Source: a gamma proteobacterium SCGC AB-629-P17
Lineage (GTDB): Bacteria > Pseudomonadota > Gammaproteobacteria > PS1 > Pseudothioglobaceae
Direction: 5' to 3'
DNA: 64,000 nucleotides
Assembly (NCBI GenBank): GCA_000372785.1
Contig: KB889769.1
Span: 27,153 to 91,152, forward strand
The notes below the pieces were generated by a model. The model was not told the origin of the DNA, made no database searches, and saw only the letters and a program-made list of their open reading frames with translations. Position numbers and translations under genes: made by a program. Below, piece by piece: positions 1 through 10,820 of this stretch (its first letter is position 1; every line of letters begins with the position of its first letter).

Positions 1-571
1 GTATACCTTGTTTAGTATGAGTTACTTCTGGGTGAAATTGAAGGCCATAGTATTGTTTTTTTGGATTTTCAAAACCGGCAATTTCACAATTATTAGTTGA
101 CGCGATTACCTTAAATTCAGGAGGAAGTTTAGTGACTTCGATTCCGTGACTCATCCATACATCCAGTAAACCATGACCATCTGGATTAATTTCATCGCTA
201 ATATTATTTAGGAGTGAGCTGTGGTTTCTGGCCCTTATTTGTGCAAAGCCGTATTCTGCTTTTTCAGCACTTCTTGCATCACCACCAAGTTGAACTGCCA
301 TAGTTTGCATACCGTAGCAGATTCCAAGCAGAGGTACATTTAATTTAAAAACAATATCTGGTGCTCTTGCTGAGTTAGTCTGGCTTACTGTGTCAGGACC
401 ACCAGATAGAATAATGCCATTTGGTTTAAATTTTTCAATAAAATGAGAACTAACGTCATATGGAAGTAATTCGCAGTAGACGCCAATATCTCTAATTCGT
501 CTAGCAATGAGTTGGCTGTATTGAGAGCCAAAATCAAGAATTAAGATTTTATCGTTGTAAATGTTTGGCAT
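1..571 (-). CDS. guaA: GMP synthase (glutamine-hydrolysing), N-terminal GATase part; runs off left edge
   Basis: Manual translation of minus strand from ATG at 571: MPNIYNDKILILDFGSQYSQLIARRIR...GIILSGGP...LGICYGMQ...WMSHG...GLQFHPEV, all GuaA motifs. Absent from ORF track because it is truncated. Confidence 0.96.
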   Translation of the reverse strand, partial: MPNIYNDKILILDFGSQYSQLIARRIRDIGVYCELLPYDVSSHFIEKFKPNGIILSGGPDTVSQTNSARAPDIVFKLNVPLLGICYGMQTMAVQLGGDARSAEKAEYGFAQIRARNHSSLLNNISDEINPDGHGLLDVWMSHGIEVTKLPPEFKVIASTNNCEIAGFENPKKQYYGLQFHPEVTHTKQGI

Positions 572-617
572 AAAAAGTGCGTTTCTACAAAAACCATTTT
601 AAAGGGATAGTATTTTA

Positions 618-1700
618 ATGAAAATCAGAGAACGCTACATTAGAAAAACACTTTTGAGTTTCACATTTCTGGTTTTAGTAATTTGGTTAGGTATTTATAG
701 TTTTTTTAATTTTCTCTCAGAAATGAGTAGTATCGGCCAACTTAACTACAAAACTCTTGAAGCTTTTAGATATATCGCTCTTCAAATACCTGAAGTGGCT
801 TATAAGCATGCATCACCTATAATACTTTTAGGTTGTGTATTAGGAATGGGTCATTTGGCAACAACAAATCAATTACTTGTTTTAAGAGTATCAGGAATGT
901 CAATTTTTAAATTAACAGTACTTACTATTAAAACCGCACTGATATTCGTTATTGCAGTTATTGCTGTTGGTGAAATATTTGCTCCAATCGCAAGTGATGA
1001 GGCGGAGAAAGGGCGCTCTATAGCATTGGGTCATTCAATTGCATCTCAAAGTCAAGAGGGTTTTTGGATTAGAGATGGTGAGAATTTTATAAATGTTCAA
1101 AAAAATATTGATGGCAAGTTATTTAGTGGTGTTACTATCATTGGAGTCAATTCATCAAATAAGATTTCAACAGTTTTGACATCCGAAAAAGCTACATTTG
1201 ATGGTAAATCAATAGATATGAAGAACACTGAGATTTATTCTATTAATACTTCTAAGGAAATTGATGAAATTTCTCTAAAAGAAAGAAATTCTTATAACAA
1301 AACAGTGTCATTTGACCAAGACCTTATTGACAGTCTGAAAAAAGAACCAGAAGAGCTAACGACTTGGAATATTATTAAGCAAATCCAATTTTTATCGGAC
1401 AATAAGTTAAGGTCAGGAGTTTTTGAAGTTGAATTGTACAAACGACTAATCAAGCCAATAACACTTGTGGCAATGATTTTATTAGCAATGCTTTTCATTT
1501 TTGGCTCTACCAGAGATATTACATTAGGTAGAAAAATATTTTTTGGTATTGCCTTAGGCTTGTCATTTGAATTGTTATCTCGAATTAGTGGAGCAATGGC
1601 ACTTAGTTTTGATATAAACCCTGTTATGAGTACTTTCTTGCCAACTATTGTAGTGATGGTGATTGCAATAACTTTACTAATCCAAAAATCTATGAGTTAA
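618..1700 (+). CDS. lptG: LPS export ABC transporter permease LptG (LptF/LptG family)
   Basis: 360 aa with 3 N-terminal TM, periplasmic domain and 3 C-terminal TM; L..LATTNQLLVLRVSGMS and GFWIRDG motifs typical of LptG. Confidence 0.85.
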   Translation: MKIRERYIRKTLLSFTFLVLVIWLGIYSFFNFLSEMSSIGQLNYKTLEAFRYIALQIPEVAYKHASPIILLGCVLGMGHLATTNQLLVLRVSGMSIFKLTVLTIKTALIFVIAVIAVGEIFAPIASDEAEKGRSIALGHSIASQSQEGFWIRDGENFINVQKNIDGKLFSGVTIIGVNSSNKISTVLTSEKATFDGKSIDMKNTEIYSINTSKEIDEISLKERNSYNKTVSFDQDLIDSLKKEPEELTTWNIIKQIQFLSDNKLRSGVFEVELYKRLIKPITLVAMILLAMLFIFGSTRDITLGRKIFFGIALGLSFELLSRISGAMALSFDINPVMSTFLPTIVVMVIAITLLIQKSMS

Positions 1701-1704
1701 GTCA

Positions 1705-2004
1705 GTGTCTCAAGTTGCATCAAAAACTTCAAAGCAAAAGTTAAAAGCACCGAAAAGATTTGATGTTATTTTGCTTAATGATGATTACACTACGATGGAA
1801 TTTGTTGTTGAAGTATTAAGACGATTTTTTCACAAAGAATCTCTTGTTGCTGAGGCAATTATGCTTAAAATTCATATTGATGGTGAAGCTGTATGTGGAA
1901 CTTATTCTTATGATGTTGCGCAATCGAAAGTTACTCAAGTGATTGACTATTCAAGACTGAACGAGCAACCTTTGATGTGTGTTTTACGTGAATTAATCAA
2001 TTAG
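1705..2004 (+). CDS. clpS: ATP-dependent Clp protease adaptor ClpS
   Basis: VILLNDDYTTMEFVVEVL motif; GTG start. Confidence 0.95.
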   Translation: MSQVASKTSKQKLKAPKRFDVILLNDDYTTMEFVVEVLRRFFHKESLVAEAIMLKIHIDGEAVCGTYSYDVAQSKVTQVIDYSRLNEQPLMCVLRELIN

Positions 2005-2041
2005 TTATATATAGAAAATACATTATCTAATGATAAAATTT

Positions 2042-2062
2042 CTGCATAGTTTATGCAGTTTT
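2042..2062 (+). promoter_or_regulatory. Perfect inverted repeat CTGCATA-GTT-TATGCAG followed by TTTT (operator or weak terminator)
   Basis: Seen directly; lies between clpS and the AGAGG RBS (2064-2068) of the dioxygenase. Confidence 0.35.
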
Positions 2063-2076
2063 AAGAGGAATTTAAG

Positions 2077-3180
2077 ATGATAATACAATCTTTTAATTCG
2101 ACAGATGAAGGCTTAGAGATTTTTTGGAGTGACAGCAATGTGAGTTGTTTTCCATGGTTTTGGCTGCGCGATCATAGTGAGAGTTTTGTAGACCTTCATC
2201 CAGATACAAAACAACGCCAAATTGATTCTTTTAGTACTCCTCTTGATAACACTGTAACTAAAGTTTGGCTAGATGAAAATGCTCAAAATCTTTATGTCAA
2301 ATGGGACGATCAATCTGAAAGCTGTCTTTCTTTTGGTCTACTAGAGCGTATGGCAACTCCTGCTCCGCCTCAGTCAAATGCGTTACAATCGTCTGATCTC
2401 TGGAATAGTCCAAGTGAAATAAAAATCTTTCCTGAAATGACTTATGAAGAACTTATGGGTAATACTGGAATTAAAACTTGGCTTGAAAATATTCAAAGAG
2501 TAGGTTTTGTTTTAGTGACTGGTTCTCCAGCAACTGCAGAAGCAACGAAAGAACTTATGGAGAGAATTGCTTATATTAGGAGCTCTATTTTTGGAGAATT
2601 TTCAGTTTGGGATAATAAATTAGAGACTCCTGATGATACTGCATATACTTCTTTAGCTATAGAGCCTCATACTGATGGCACTTATCTTCATGATGCACCA
2701 GGTTTACAAACATTGCATTGTATTCGAAGAGATGCAGAGGGAGGTAATAATCAGTTGATTGATGGTCTAGCAATCGCTGAGACAATGCGAAAAAAATATC
2801 CTGAAGCTTTTAAAATTCTATGCAATATTCAAATTCCGGGTCGATATATTAAGACTGACACTTATTTACAAGCTTATCGGCCTGTATTTCGTGTTAACGA
2901 TGATAGTGAAGTTTTACAGGTCAGTTTTAATAATCATGATCGTGCACCTTTTAGATTAGAGAATAATGAGATGGTTCGTTTTTATGAAGCTTATGGAATT
3001 TTTCATAACTTGGCCAATCAGGCAAATCGTCAATTTGAATTTTGCTTAGAGCCAGGAACAGTAATAACTTTTGATAACTGGCGTTTATTGCATGCCCGCT
3101 CAGCGTTGACTGGTTATCGCCAGCTTTGTGGTGGATATCATAATCGCGAAGATTTTGAAAGTAGACTTAGAGCCATATAA
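2077..3180 (+). CDS. Fe(II)/2-oxoglutarate dioxygenase, gamma-butyrobetaine/trimethyllysine hydroxylase-like (TauD/TfdA family)
   Basis: N-terminal WLRDH...HPDTKQR GBBH-type domain; HTDGTY (HxD) and DNWRLLHAR distal His/Arg. Confidence 0.85.
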   Translation: MIIQSFNSTDEGLEIFWSDSNVSCFPWFWLRDHSESFVDLHPDTKQRQIDSFSTPLDNTVTKVWLDENAQNLYVKWDDQSESCLSFGLLERMATPAPPQSNALQSSDLWNSPSEIKIFPEMTYEELMGNTGIKTWLENIQRVGFVLVTGSPATAEATKELMERIAYIRSSIFGEFSVWDNKLETPDDTAYTSLAIEPHTDGTYLHDAPGLQTLHCIRRDAEGGNNQLIDGLAIAETMRKKYPEAFKILCNIQIPGRYIKTDTYLQAYRPVFRVNDDSEVLQVSFNNHDRAPFRLENNEMVRFYEAYGIFHNLANQANRQFEFCLEPGTVITFDNWRLLHARSALTGYRQLCGGYHNREDFESRLRAI

Positions 3181-3284
3181 ATATTCAATTACCTTATTTA
3201 ATAGTGTTTTTGAGTAATTTTTTTATTGAGTGATGTTAAAATTAATGTGAATTAAATGTAAACAGATAGAACATTATTTTTTTT

Positions 3285-5504
3285 ATGATAGAGCAAGGAT
3301 TACAACAAGAAATTAATTTGGTAATGACCGAGGCGAGAAATCGTCGTCTTGAGTTTGTGACTGTTGAGCACTTGCTGCTGGCTTTGCTAAATATGGATGA
3401 AGTACTTGCTTTTTTGCGTGGTAAGCGCATCAATATTGATGAATTGAGGGCTGAACTTGAGCAATATATTGATTCACATACCCCGATAATTTCTGAAGAT
3501 GCAGAAATAGATATTGTTCCAACAGTAGGTTTTCAAAGGGTTCTTCAGCGTAGCGTATATCAGGCACAATCTTCTCAGAAGAACTCTGTGAATGCAATGA
3601 ATGTGTTTGTTAGTATATTTTCTGAAAAAGAATCTCATGCTGTTTATATGTTAAAGCTGAATAATATCTCTAGATTGGATGTTATGGAAGGTATTTCTTC
3701 TCAGTTGGCTGATACAACAGTTGAGGAAACAAAAAAAGTTGGTAGCGAAAAAAAAATAAAACCATCTTATCTAGAATCTTTTACAACAAATCTTTGTGAA
3801 AAAGCACGTCTTGGTGAAATTGATCCACTACTTGGCAGAGAGGAAGAAGTTTTAAGAACAGTGCAAGTTTTATCTAGGCGTCGCAAAAACAACCCATTAT
3901 TAGTTGGGCAAGCTGGAGTTGGTAAAACTGCCATTGCTCAAGGTTTAGCGAAGAAGATTGTGGATGGTAAAGTACCTGATGTTCTTAAAAACACAACAAT
4001 ATATTCTTTAGATGTTGGTGTATTGATTGCCGGTACAAAGTATCGTGGAGACTTTGAGAAGCGCTTAAAGTCAGTACTCGTAGATCTCGAAGAAAATAAA
4101 AACTCAATACTTTTTATTGATGAAGTTCATACTTTGATTGGTGCAGGTAGTGTCTCTGGTGGCTCTTTAGATGCATCGAATATACTGAAACCAGCGTTAG
4201 CTGACGGAACTCTTAAATGTATTGGATCTACGACTTATGAAGAGTTTAGGAAAGTTTTTGAAAAAGATCATGCATTAGCACGTCGTTTTCAAAAAATTGA
4301 TATTGAAGAGCCTTCTGTAGAAGACACTATTAAAATCCTTCATGGACTAAAAAAATATTACCAAACTCATCATAATGTTAAATATTCTTCTGCCGCTTTG
4401 GCTTCCGCTGTGGAATTAACACACCAACATATTGGGGATAGGCGTTTGCCTGACAAAGCAATTGATGTGATTGATGAAGTCGGAGCCCTGCAACAAATCT
4501 TGCCAAAGTCAAAACGTAAAATTTATATTGGTGTTGCAGATATAGAAAATATTGTCGCTAAACTAGCGCGTATTCCTTCACGTCAGGTTAATAGTGATGA
4601 TAAATCACAACTTAAAAACCTTGAGGAAGAACTCAAATTAGGTGTGTTTGGTCAGGATAGTGCAGTTGAATCACTTTCGAGTGCTATAAAGCTATCTCGA
4701 TCTGGACTGTCTCCAATTGAACAACCGATGGGTTCATTTTTATTTGCTGGTCCTACAGGAGTTGGGAAAACAGAAATTTGTAAGCAGCTTTCTCGCATTA
4801 TTGGAGTTAAATTGTTGCGCTTTGATATGTCTGAGTACATGGAAAGACATTCAATTTCTAAACTTATAGGTTCGCCTCCAGGCTATGTAGGTTATGATGA
4901 GGGTGGCTTATTAACTGAAGCAGTTAACAGTAATCCTTATGCTGTACTACTATTAGATGAAATTGAGAAGGCTCACCCTGATATCTTCAATCTGCTTTTG
5001 CAAGTAATGGACTATGGCATATTGACTGATGCAAATGGTCGAGAAGTAGATTTTAGAAATGTTATTCTTGTTATGACTTCAAATGTAGGTGCTCATAGCG
5101 TCCAACGTGCTTCCATAGGATTTAATGAGCAGGACCATTCTCTTGATTATGAAGGCGAGCTTAAAAAGACTTTTACACCAGAGTTTAGAAATCGCCTCTC
5201 AGAAATTATTTACTTCAATAGCCTTAGTGAAGAAGTTGTAGTCTATGTAGTGAACAAATTCCTTTTTGAGCTTGAAGATGTGCTTGAACAAAAAAATGTG
5301 TCACTTATAATTTCTGATGCTGCTCGAAAATGGTTTGCAAAAAATGGCTATGATTCTAAGATGGGCGCTCGTCCAATGGTAAGATTAATTGAAAAAGAGA
5401 TAAGAAAACCTCTAGCGGATGAATTACTTTTTGGTCAGTTGAATGAAGGTGGCACTGTCAAAGTAGGAGTTAATAAAGATAAAATTGCTTTAACAATCTC
5501 TTAA
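3285..5504 (+). CDS. clpA: ATP-dependent Clp protease ATP-binding subunit ClpA
   Basis: EFVTVEHLLLAL N-domain; two Walker A motifs (GQAGVGKT, GPTGVGKT); RFDMSEYMERH; no ClpB M-domain. Confidence 0.96.
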   Translation: MIEQGLQQEINLVMTEARNRRLEFVTVEHLLLALLNMDEVLAFLRGKRINIDELRAELEQYIDSHTPIISEDAEIDIVPTVGFQRVLQRSVYQAQSSQKNSVNAMNVFVSIFSEKESHAVYMLKLNNISRLDVMEGISSQLADTTVEETKKVGSEKKIKPSYLESFTTNLCEKARLGEIDPLLGREEEVLRTVQVLSRRRKNNPLLVGQAGVGKTAIAQGLAKKIVDGKVPDVLKNTTIYSLDVGVLIAGTKYRGDFEKRLKSVLVDLEENKNSILFIDEVHTLIGAGSVSGGSLDASNILKPALADGTLKCIGSTTYEEFRKVFEKDHALARRFQKIDIEEPSVEDTIKILHGLKKYYQTHHNVKYSSAALASAVELTHQHIGDRRLPDKAIDVIDEVGALQQILPKSKRKIYIGVADIENIVAKLARIPSRQVNSDDKSQLKNLEEELKLGVFGQDSAVESLSSAIKLSRSGLSPIEQPMGSFLFAGPTGVGKTEICKQLSRIIGVKLLRFDMSEYMERHSISKLIGSPPGYVGYDEGGLLTEAVNSNPYAVLLLDEIEKAHPDIFNLLLQVMDYGILTDANGREVDFRNVILVMTSNVGAHSVQRASIGFNEQDHSLDYEGELKKTFTPEFRNRLSEIIYFNSLSEEVVVYVVNKFLFELEDVLEQKNVSLIISDAARKWFAKNGYDSKMGARPMVRLIEKEIRKPLADELLFGQLNEGGTVKVGVNKDKIALTIS

Positions 5505-6250
5505 TGAGAATACTAATCAGCAATGATGACGGCTATCAAGCCAAAGGAATTAAGCAACTTGCAGAGTCTCTCAGTGAAATCGCAGACATTATTATTGTTG
5601 CTCCAAATACAAACAAATCAGCTGCTAGTAGCTCATTAACACTTGGTAAACCATTAAAACCCATTCAAATAGAACATAATATTTATGCAATAGATGCGAC
5701 CCCAAGTGACTGTGTACATTTGGCATTGTGTGGCTTTATTAAAGAATCGATTGACCTCGTAGTAACTGGTATCAATTTTGGTCCTAATTTAGGAGATGAT
5801 GTTATTTATTCTGGTACAGTTGCTGGTGCGATAGAGGGTCGCTTTATAGGTTTGCCATCAATCGCTATTTCTTTGGCTAGTTTTGAATGTGAACACTTTG
5901 AAACCGCAGGTGCAATTGCCAAGCAGTTAGTAGCACAGATTGATAAGGCCCCTCTATCTTACAATACTATTATGAATGTTAATGTTCCAGATGTACCTCT
6001 TAGCAAAATTAAAGGTATTAAAAGTACTCGTTTAGGGAATCGACATCAGTCTAGTCCCAGTATTCAGGACGAAAATAATCCTTCTCTATTTTGGATTGGT
6101 GAAAACGGTCAAGAGGCTGATAACGGCGAAGGAACCGACTTCCATGCCATTGCTAATAATTTTGTTTCCGTAACACCACTGCAGATTGATTTAACTAAGT
6201 ATTCTGAAGTGAAGCAAGTCTCTGATTGGCTCGAAGATTTAGACTATTGA
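5504..6250 (+). CDS. surE: 5'/3'-nucleotidase SurE
   Basis: [44 protein letters not shown]. Confidence 0.96.
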   Translation: MRILISNDDGYQAKGIKQLAESLSEIADIIIVAPNTNKSAASSSLTLGKPLKPIQIEHNIYAIDATPSDCVHLALCGFIKESIDLVVTGINFGPNLGDDVIYSGTVAGAIEGRFIGLPSIAISLASFECEHFETAGAIAKQLVAQIDKAPLSYNTIMNVNVPDVPLSKIKGIKSTRLGNRHQSSPSIQDENNPSLFWIGENGQEADNGEGTDFHAIANNFVSVTPLQIDLTKYSEVKQVSDWLEDLDY

Positions 6251-7911
6251 TTCCAAGTATCTCTGAGTCCAACTGTTTTGTTAAAAACTATACCGTCGGA
6301 TTGATTGTCGTGACAAAAATAACCTTCTCTTTCAAATTGATACGCCATTTCAGGCTTTGCATTTAGCATACCTGGTTCAACAAAACCATTCGTAATTTTA
6401 ATAGATTCAGGATTTATAGCAGAAGATAGATCGTCGAAACTTCCTGGATTAGGATTTAAAAATAGTCGGTCATAAACTCTAAACTCAGCTTCTAATGATT
6501 TGCTCGCTTCAACAAAGTGAATGACACCTTTAATTTTACGTCCATCAAGGGGTTTTTTACCTAGTGTTTCAGGGTCGTAAGTGCAATGTACGGTAGATAC
6601 ATCACCATTTTCATCGTAATCAACACGATTAGCTTTAATTACATAAGAATGTCTTAAGCGCACCTCTTTATCTAATGTTAAACGCTTATATTTATTGTTA
6701 GGTGATTTTTCCAAGAAGTCATCTTTATCAATATATAACTCACGTCCAAATAAAATATCTCGTTTACCCATTTCTTCATTTTGTGGGTGAATTGGTGCTT
6801 GAAGAGTTTCTAATTTATTTTCTGGGTAGTTTTCAATCACTAATTTAATTGGATTTAATACAGCCATTGTTCTAGGAGCAACAACATTAAGATCATCTCT
6901 AATTGAAGCTTCCAGAATTTCAACATCAATAACACTATCAACTTTTGAAATTCCAATACGTTGGGCAAAATCTCGGATTGAAGCAGGTGTATAGCCACGA
7001 CGTCGCAAGCCAGATAGAGTTGGCATTCTTGGGTCATTCCAACCTGATACAAGCTTGTTTTCAACTAGTTTTTGAAGTTTTCTTTTTGACATAACTGTAT
7101 ATTCAATATTTAGACGTGAAAACTCATACTGTTGAGGCCTATCTGGTTTATTAAACTCATCCAAATTATCCAATATCCAATCATAAATTCTGCGGTTATC
7201 TTGGAATTCTAAAGTACATAGAGAATGCGTTACTCCCTCAATCGCATCACCAAGGCAGTGTGCAAAGTCATACATTGGGTAAATACACCATTGGTCATCC
7301 GTTTGATGATGGCTCTCAAAGCGAATGCGATAGAATATTGGGTCACGCATGCACATGAAACTGGAAGACATATCAATTTTTCCTCGTAAGACGCACTCGC
7401 CTTCTTTGAGCCCACCTTCTTTCATTTTCTTAAAAAGAGCTAAGTTTTGTTCAATTGGAGTGTCACGATATGGACTATTTTCCCCAGATTTTGTAAGAGT
7501 GCCGCGATAATGTCTCGCTTCATCTGGACTTAAAAAACAAACATAGGCCAACCCTTTACTAATAAGTTCTGTTGCGTATTGGTAGAATTGCTCGAAATAG
7601 TCTGAGCTGTATTTAACTTTACCATGCCACTCGAAACCTAACCACCTTACATCTTCTTTTATGGAAGTTACGTATTCAACATCTTCTTTAGCAGGATTGG
7701 TATCATCAAATCTAAGATTACACCATCCATCATAATCTTTAGCTGTTCCAAAATTAAGACAGATTGACTTTGCATGACCGATATGAAGATAGCCATTCGG
7801 TTCAGGCGGAAAACGAGTTATAACAGATTTATGTTTGCCAGAAGATAAATCCTCGTTAATAATATTACGGATAAAATTTGTTGGCTTATTGTCTGGATTT
7901 TCAGAATTCAT
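6244..7911 (-). CDS. glnS: Glutamine--tRNA ligase
   Basis: [18 protein letters not shown] (HIGH), MSKRKL (KMSKS-like), FEREGYF. Confidence 0.97.
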   Translation of the reverse strand: MNSENPDNKPTNFIRNIINEDLSSGKHKSVITRFPPEPNGYLHIGHAKSICLNFGTAKDYDGWCNLRFDDTNPAKEDVEYVTSIKEDVRWLGFEWHGKVKYSSDYFEQFYQYATELISKGLAYVCFLSPDEARHYRGTLTKSGENSPYRDTPIEQNLALFKKMKEGGLKEGECVLRGKIDMSSSFMCMRDPIFYRIRFESHHQTDDQWCIYPMYDFAHCLGDAIEGVTHSLCTLEFQDNRRIYDWILDNLDEFNKPDRPQQYEFSRLNIEYTVMSKRKLQKLVENKLVSGWNDPRMPTLSGLRRRGYTPASIRDFAQRIGISKVDSVIDVEILEASIRDDLNVVAPRTMAVLNPIKLVIENYPENKLETLQAPIHPQNEEMGKRDILFGRELYIDKDDFLEKSPNNKYKRLTLDKEVRLRHSYVIKANRVDYDENGDVSTVHCTYDPETLGKKPLDGRKIKGVIHFVEASKSLEAEFRVYDRLFLNPNPGSFDDLSSAINPESIKITNGFVEPGMLNAKPEMAYQFEREGYFCHDNQSDGIVFNKTVGLRDTWNQ

Positions 7912-8016
7912 TTTGATTATTTCTGGCAGTAATAAAAGCGATATAGATTATATCATCAATCCATGAATTTAATATCTGGAGCTTTGATTACAAATGTCAT
8001 AGTAAAATAGTTTTTC

Positions 8017-9021
8017 ATGAAAATAGCTATTGTTAAACTCTCAGCATTTGGAGACATTGTTCAAGCAATGATTGTTCTTCAGTTTATCAAAAAACACTAT
8101 CAAGAGGCTTTGATTGATTGGGTAGTTGAAGAAGGTTTTAGCGGAATTTTAAAAAATAATCCTCATATTAATCAAATACATCGAGTTAATTTTCAATCAG
8201 TAAAACAATCAAAATCACTATACTTGCTTTGGAAACAGTTCCGAAAGATTCGTAAGTTTGGTAAATATGATTTGGTAATTGATATGCAAGGCTTAATTAA
8301 GTCAGCTGTGGTGGCTCGTACGATATCTTCAAATACAACATTAGGTTTTGATAAATTCTCTTTAAGGGAAAGTTTAGCTGCTAAGTTTTATAACCAAACC
8401 TACAAAATCGATTATGCTGAAAATATTATTGAGCGTAATTTAGCTATTATTGCGTACGCTTTAAAATTTTCTATCGAGAAAGAAAATATTTACCATAAAC
8501 AGCCTTTTTTATATTCAAGTAAAGACTACTCATTCATTTCTATTTCGAAGACTAAACATAATATAGTTTTGATACCTGGAGCATCTTATAAATCTAAATG
8601 CTACCCTGTTGAAAAAATGGCAGAATTAACGACACAGATTGATGCTAATTTTCTAATTATTTGGGGCAATAAAGAAGAAAAAGTAATGTCTGATAAAATT
8701 AAATCTCTATCACCTAAAGTATATGTTTGTGAAAAACTATCTATAGATTCGTTGATATCATTAATTGCCCAAGTAGATCTTGTGATAGGTTCTGATACAG
8801 GTCCAACTCATATGGCCTGGGCTTTAAATATTCCATCAATCACTTTATTTGGGCCAACACCAGGCTATCGTAACACCTATACTACAAATATTAATAAAAT
8901 CATTGAGTCAAAGTCAAAAGTGAACCCAAGTAAGATTAATAAGAATGATTATTCTATAAATAATATCAATGTTGGTAATATTGTGAGATTAGCTCAGAGT
9001 CTATTAAGTGTAACTAAATAA
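8017..9021 (+). CDS. waaC: LPS heptosyltransferase I (GT9)
   Basis: MKIAIVKLSAFGD, DMQGLIKSA, GSDTGPTHMAWAL. Confidence 0.88.
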   Translation: MKIAIVKLSAFGDIVQAMIVLQFIKKHYQEALIDWVVEEGFSGILKNNPHINQIHRVNFQSVKQSKSLYLLWKQFRKIRKFGKYDLVIDMQGLIKSAVVARTISSNTTLGFDKFSLRESLAAKFYNQTYKIDYAENIIERNLAIIAYALKFSIEKENIYHKQPFLYSSKDYSFISISKTKHNIVLIPGASYKSKCYPVEKMAELTTQIDANFLIIWGNKEEKVMSDKIKSLSPKVYVCEKLSIDSLISLIAQVDLVIGSDTGPTHMAWALNIPSITLFGPTPGYRNTYTTNINKIIESKSKVNPSKINKNDYSINNINVGNIVRLAQSLLSVTK

Positions 9022-9035
9022 ATGTTTATATATAT

Positions 9036-9563
9036 TTAGGTAGTTATTATCTGTTGTGATTGTTGAATTGCATCTAGAATAAATCTAGCATTAGAGTTAG
9101 ATTCGTCAATTTTATGTCCGCTTCTAACTAGTATTGTATTTAGAATGCCAGCGGAGTTAGCAGCCTTCACATCAGCTTCCATATCTCCAATCATCCAAGA
9201 ATCTTCCATATTGATGTTGTATATAGCTTTGGCTTTAAGAAACATGCCTGGCTTTGGCTTTCGACAATTACAAGTGGAGTCTGGACCATGAGGGCAATGG
9301 AATACATCTAGTATGTTGACATTCTTGCATTTAAACTGTTCTAACATCCATTGAGTTAGCTTTTGGTAATCACTTTCAGTGTAATACCCTCTCGAAATTC
9401 CAGACTGATTTGTAATTATTATTATTCTATAACCCAAATTCTGAAAGTATAGGCAAGTCTTAAAAATGCCATCAATGAACTTAAAGTCATCTATTTTATG
9501 CAAATAGCTTATTTCTTTATTTATAACTCCATCACGATCGAGAAAAATAGTTTTAATAGGCAT
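9036..9563 (-). CDS. gmhB: D-glycero-D-manno-heptose 1,7-bisphosphate phosphatase
   Basis: FLDRDGVIN, TNQSGI.RG, CPH..CNCRKPKPGM. Confidence 0.95.
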   Translation of the reverse strand: MPIKTIFLDRDGVINKEISYLHKIDDFKFIDGIFKTCLYFQNLGYRIIIITNQSGISRGYYTESDYQKLTQWMLEQFKCKNVNILDVFHCPHGPDSTCNCRKPKPGMFLKAKAIYNINMEDSWMIGDMEADVKAANSAGILNTILVRSGHKIDESNSNARFILDAIQQSQQIITT

Positions 9564-9620
9564 AAATTAAGATGAGTATAATCAGTTTTAATATTTCAAT
9601 GGTTATTGTAAAGTATTCCT

Positions 9621-10820
9621 ATGCTGGAAAGATTTGATCTAGAAAAAACTTATCAATATTTATTAATAGCTCTGGCATTTCTTTTGCCTTTAACAGTCTC
9701 TATAGCTAATACAATTATTGCTATTATTTGTTTTTTATGGCTTTTTTCTGGAGATTATAAGGCTAAATATAATCAAATAATGAGTAGCAAGCTGATGATT
9801 GCTTCCATAGTGTTTTATTGTCTACATGTTATTGGCATGCTTTGGACGGAAGATCTTCAGTGGGGTCTCCATATTCTTCATAAAATGTGGTATTTTTTAT
9901 TGCTTTTTCCAATTCTTTTCAACATTGTTCAAAGAAAATATATCAAATATTACATAAATGCATTTTTATTGGCTATTGCATTTACTGAAATAATTTCTTA
10001 TCTGATATGGTTTGAAATTATTTCGCCTTTAAGGCATGGATCTGTTAATAATCCAACCCCATTTATGAGTCATATTTCGTACAATCCTATATTGGCGTTT
10101 GCGATATATCTTGTTTATCATGATATATTTTTTAAAATCAATCTAACTGGATTGAAGTTTTTTTTATATAGTTTTTTTGCTGTAACTATGACAATAAATA
10201 TGTTCATTACAGGTGGTCGTGCAGGCCAAGTGGCTTACTTTTTAGTGTTGGGCATCTTAATTTTTCAGTTTTTTAAAAATCAGAAAATAAAATCTCTATT
10301 CACAGTTGTATTACTTATTCCTGTGATATTCATTACTGCTTATCAATCAAGTCATATTTTTCATGAAAGAGTCGATCTTGCGTTAAATAATATAATTAAT
10401 TATGAAATTAAAAGAAATACTTCGATAGGTCTAAGAATCACCTTCAACACTAATTCTTGGGAAGTGATTAAAGAAAATCCAATAATTGGTGTTGGTACTG
10501 GAGATTTTCCTAGTCAGTACAAAAAAATTAATCTAATGAATACACCGCAACTACGAACTACGACTAATCCACATAATATGTACACTTTAATTACAATGCA
10601 ACTGGGTTTAATTGGTCTGATTAGTATGTTGTCAATTTTTTATTATCAAATTAAACTATCTTTTTCTGCTTCAAGTAGATTTATTAGAGATGTAGGCTTG
10701 ACTTTGCCATTAGTATTTTTAGTCTTGATGTTTAGTGATTCCTATATATTAGGGCATTTTACGACTTTAATGTATGTTTTTTTTAGTGCTTTTTTGTATA
10801 AAGATTTTGAAGAAATCTAA
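9621..10820 (+). CDS. waaL: O-antigen ligase family protein
   Basis: Multi-TM; TGGRAG, SIGLR, NPIIGVGTG and PHN (Wzy_C) motifs; LPS core context. Confidence 0.85.
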   Translation: MLERFDLEKTYQYLLIALAFLLPLTVSIANTIIAIICFLWLFSGDYKAKYNQIMSSKLMIASIVFYCLHVIGMLWTEDLQWGLHILHKMWYFLLLFPILFNIVQRKYIKYYINAFLLAIAFTEIISYLIWFEIISPLRHGSVNNPTPFMSHISYNPILAFAIYLVYHDIFFKINLTGLKFFLYSFFAVTMTINMFITGGRAGQVAYFLVLGILIFQFFKNQKIKSLFTVVLLIPVIFITAYQSSHIFHERVDLALNNIINYEIKRNTSIGLRITFNTNSWEVIKENPIIGVGTGDFPSQYKKINLMNTPQLRTTTNPHNMYTLITMQLGLIGLISMLSIFYYQIKLSFSASSRFIRDVGLTLPLVFLVLMFSDSYILGHFTTLMYVFFSAFLYKDFEEI

